Shown one piece after another: positions 63,701-64,000 of a stretch of 64,000 bases of DNA. Source of the DNA: Cyanophora paradoxa CCMP329 (Eukaryota; Plantae; Glaucophyta); NCBI GenBank assembly GCA_004431415.1, contig QPMI01000477.1, forward strand, positions 186,001-250,000. Reading direction: 5' to 3'. Positions within the stretch are counted from its first letter, which is position 1, and each line of letters begins with the position of its first letter. Below the pieces are notes generated by a model. It saw only the letters and a list, made by a program, of their open reading frames with translations. It was not told where the DNA came from and ran no database searches. Position numbers and translations under genes: made by a program.

Positions 63701-64000
63701 CCCGCGAGGTGCACTGAGCCTCTTCGCTGCGCCGCCGGCCCGCCCGGCTCAGAATTCGTCGCAGGTCGCGTGCTGGCGGGCTTGAGGGCGGGCGCGGGTC
63801 CGTTTCACTGAGGCGGGCCTGGTTCTTCGAGGGTGGACGCAGCTCGCGAGGTGCACTGAGCCTCTTCGCTGCGCCGCCGGCCCGCCGGGCTCAGAATTCG
63901 TCGCAGGTCGCGTGCTGGCGGGCTTGAGGCGGGCGCGGGTCCGTTTCACTGAGGCGGGCCTGGTTCTTCGAGGGTGGGCGCAGCCCGCGAGGTGCACTGA
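60708..64000. repeat. Tandem satellite, ~142-bp unit, ~23 copies, runs off the window end
   Basis: Unit GAGGTGCACTGAGCCTCTTCGCTGCGCCGCCGGCCCGCCCGGCTCAGAATTCGTCGCAGGTCGCGTGCTGGCGGG... Degenerate precursor copies lie at ~60330-60700. Confidence 0.97.

Noticed and set aside
56866-64000. Tandem arrays as CRISPR or as repeated protein-coding genes
   Set aside because: Whole units repeat with no unique spacers and no cas genes, in a eukaryotic context. The short ORFs are by-products of the repeat unit.

Overview
This is eukaryotic nuclear DNA, most likely from a primary-plastid alga. A glaucophyte such as Cyanophora is an inference from a nuclear VIPP1 with an 'MEAFV' Phe-type transit peptide plus very dense, short, GC-rich introns. 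Very GC-rich blocks carry housekeeping genes: VPS13-family (-), OSCA/TMEM63 channel (+), GPATCH3 (-), a TSNAXIP1-N coiled-coil gene (-) and VIPP1 (+). Lower-GC accessory blocks carry two large predicted surface-protein genes, a 1,000-bp hAT MITE with an 8-bp TSD, a ~3.8-kb Helitron/Helentron-like element inside a predicted intron, and an RNA-dependent RNA polymerase gene broken off by a palindrome-tipped insertion that leads into 263-bp and 142-bp satellite arrays. A ~3.1-kb segment (VPS13 5' end, bidirectional promoter, OSCA 5' half) is duplicated around an ~8.8-kb accessory block. The most striking signal is a recurrent 6-bp insertion that turns a 3-mer X into X-revcomp(X)-X (micro inverted triplication). 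It can be read directly by comparing satellite copies, and similar motifs saturate the 5' regions of accessory genes, including predicted signal peptides. Domain names are from recognised motifs, not database searches. Exon boundaries are approximate unless stated.
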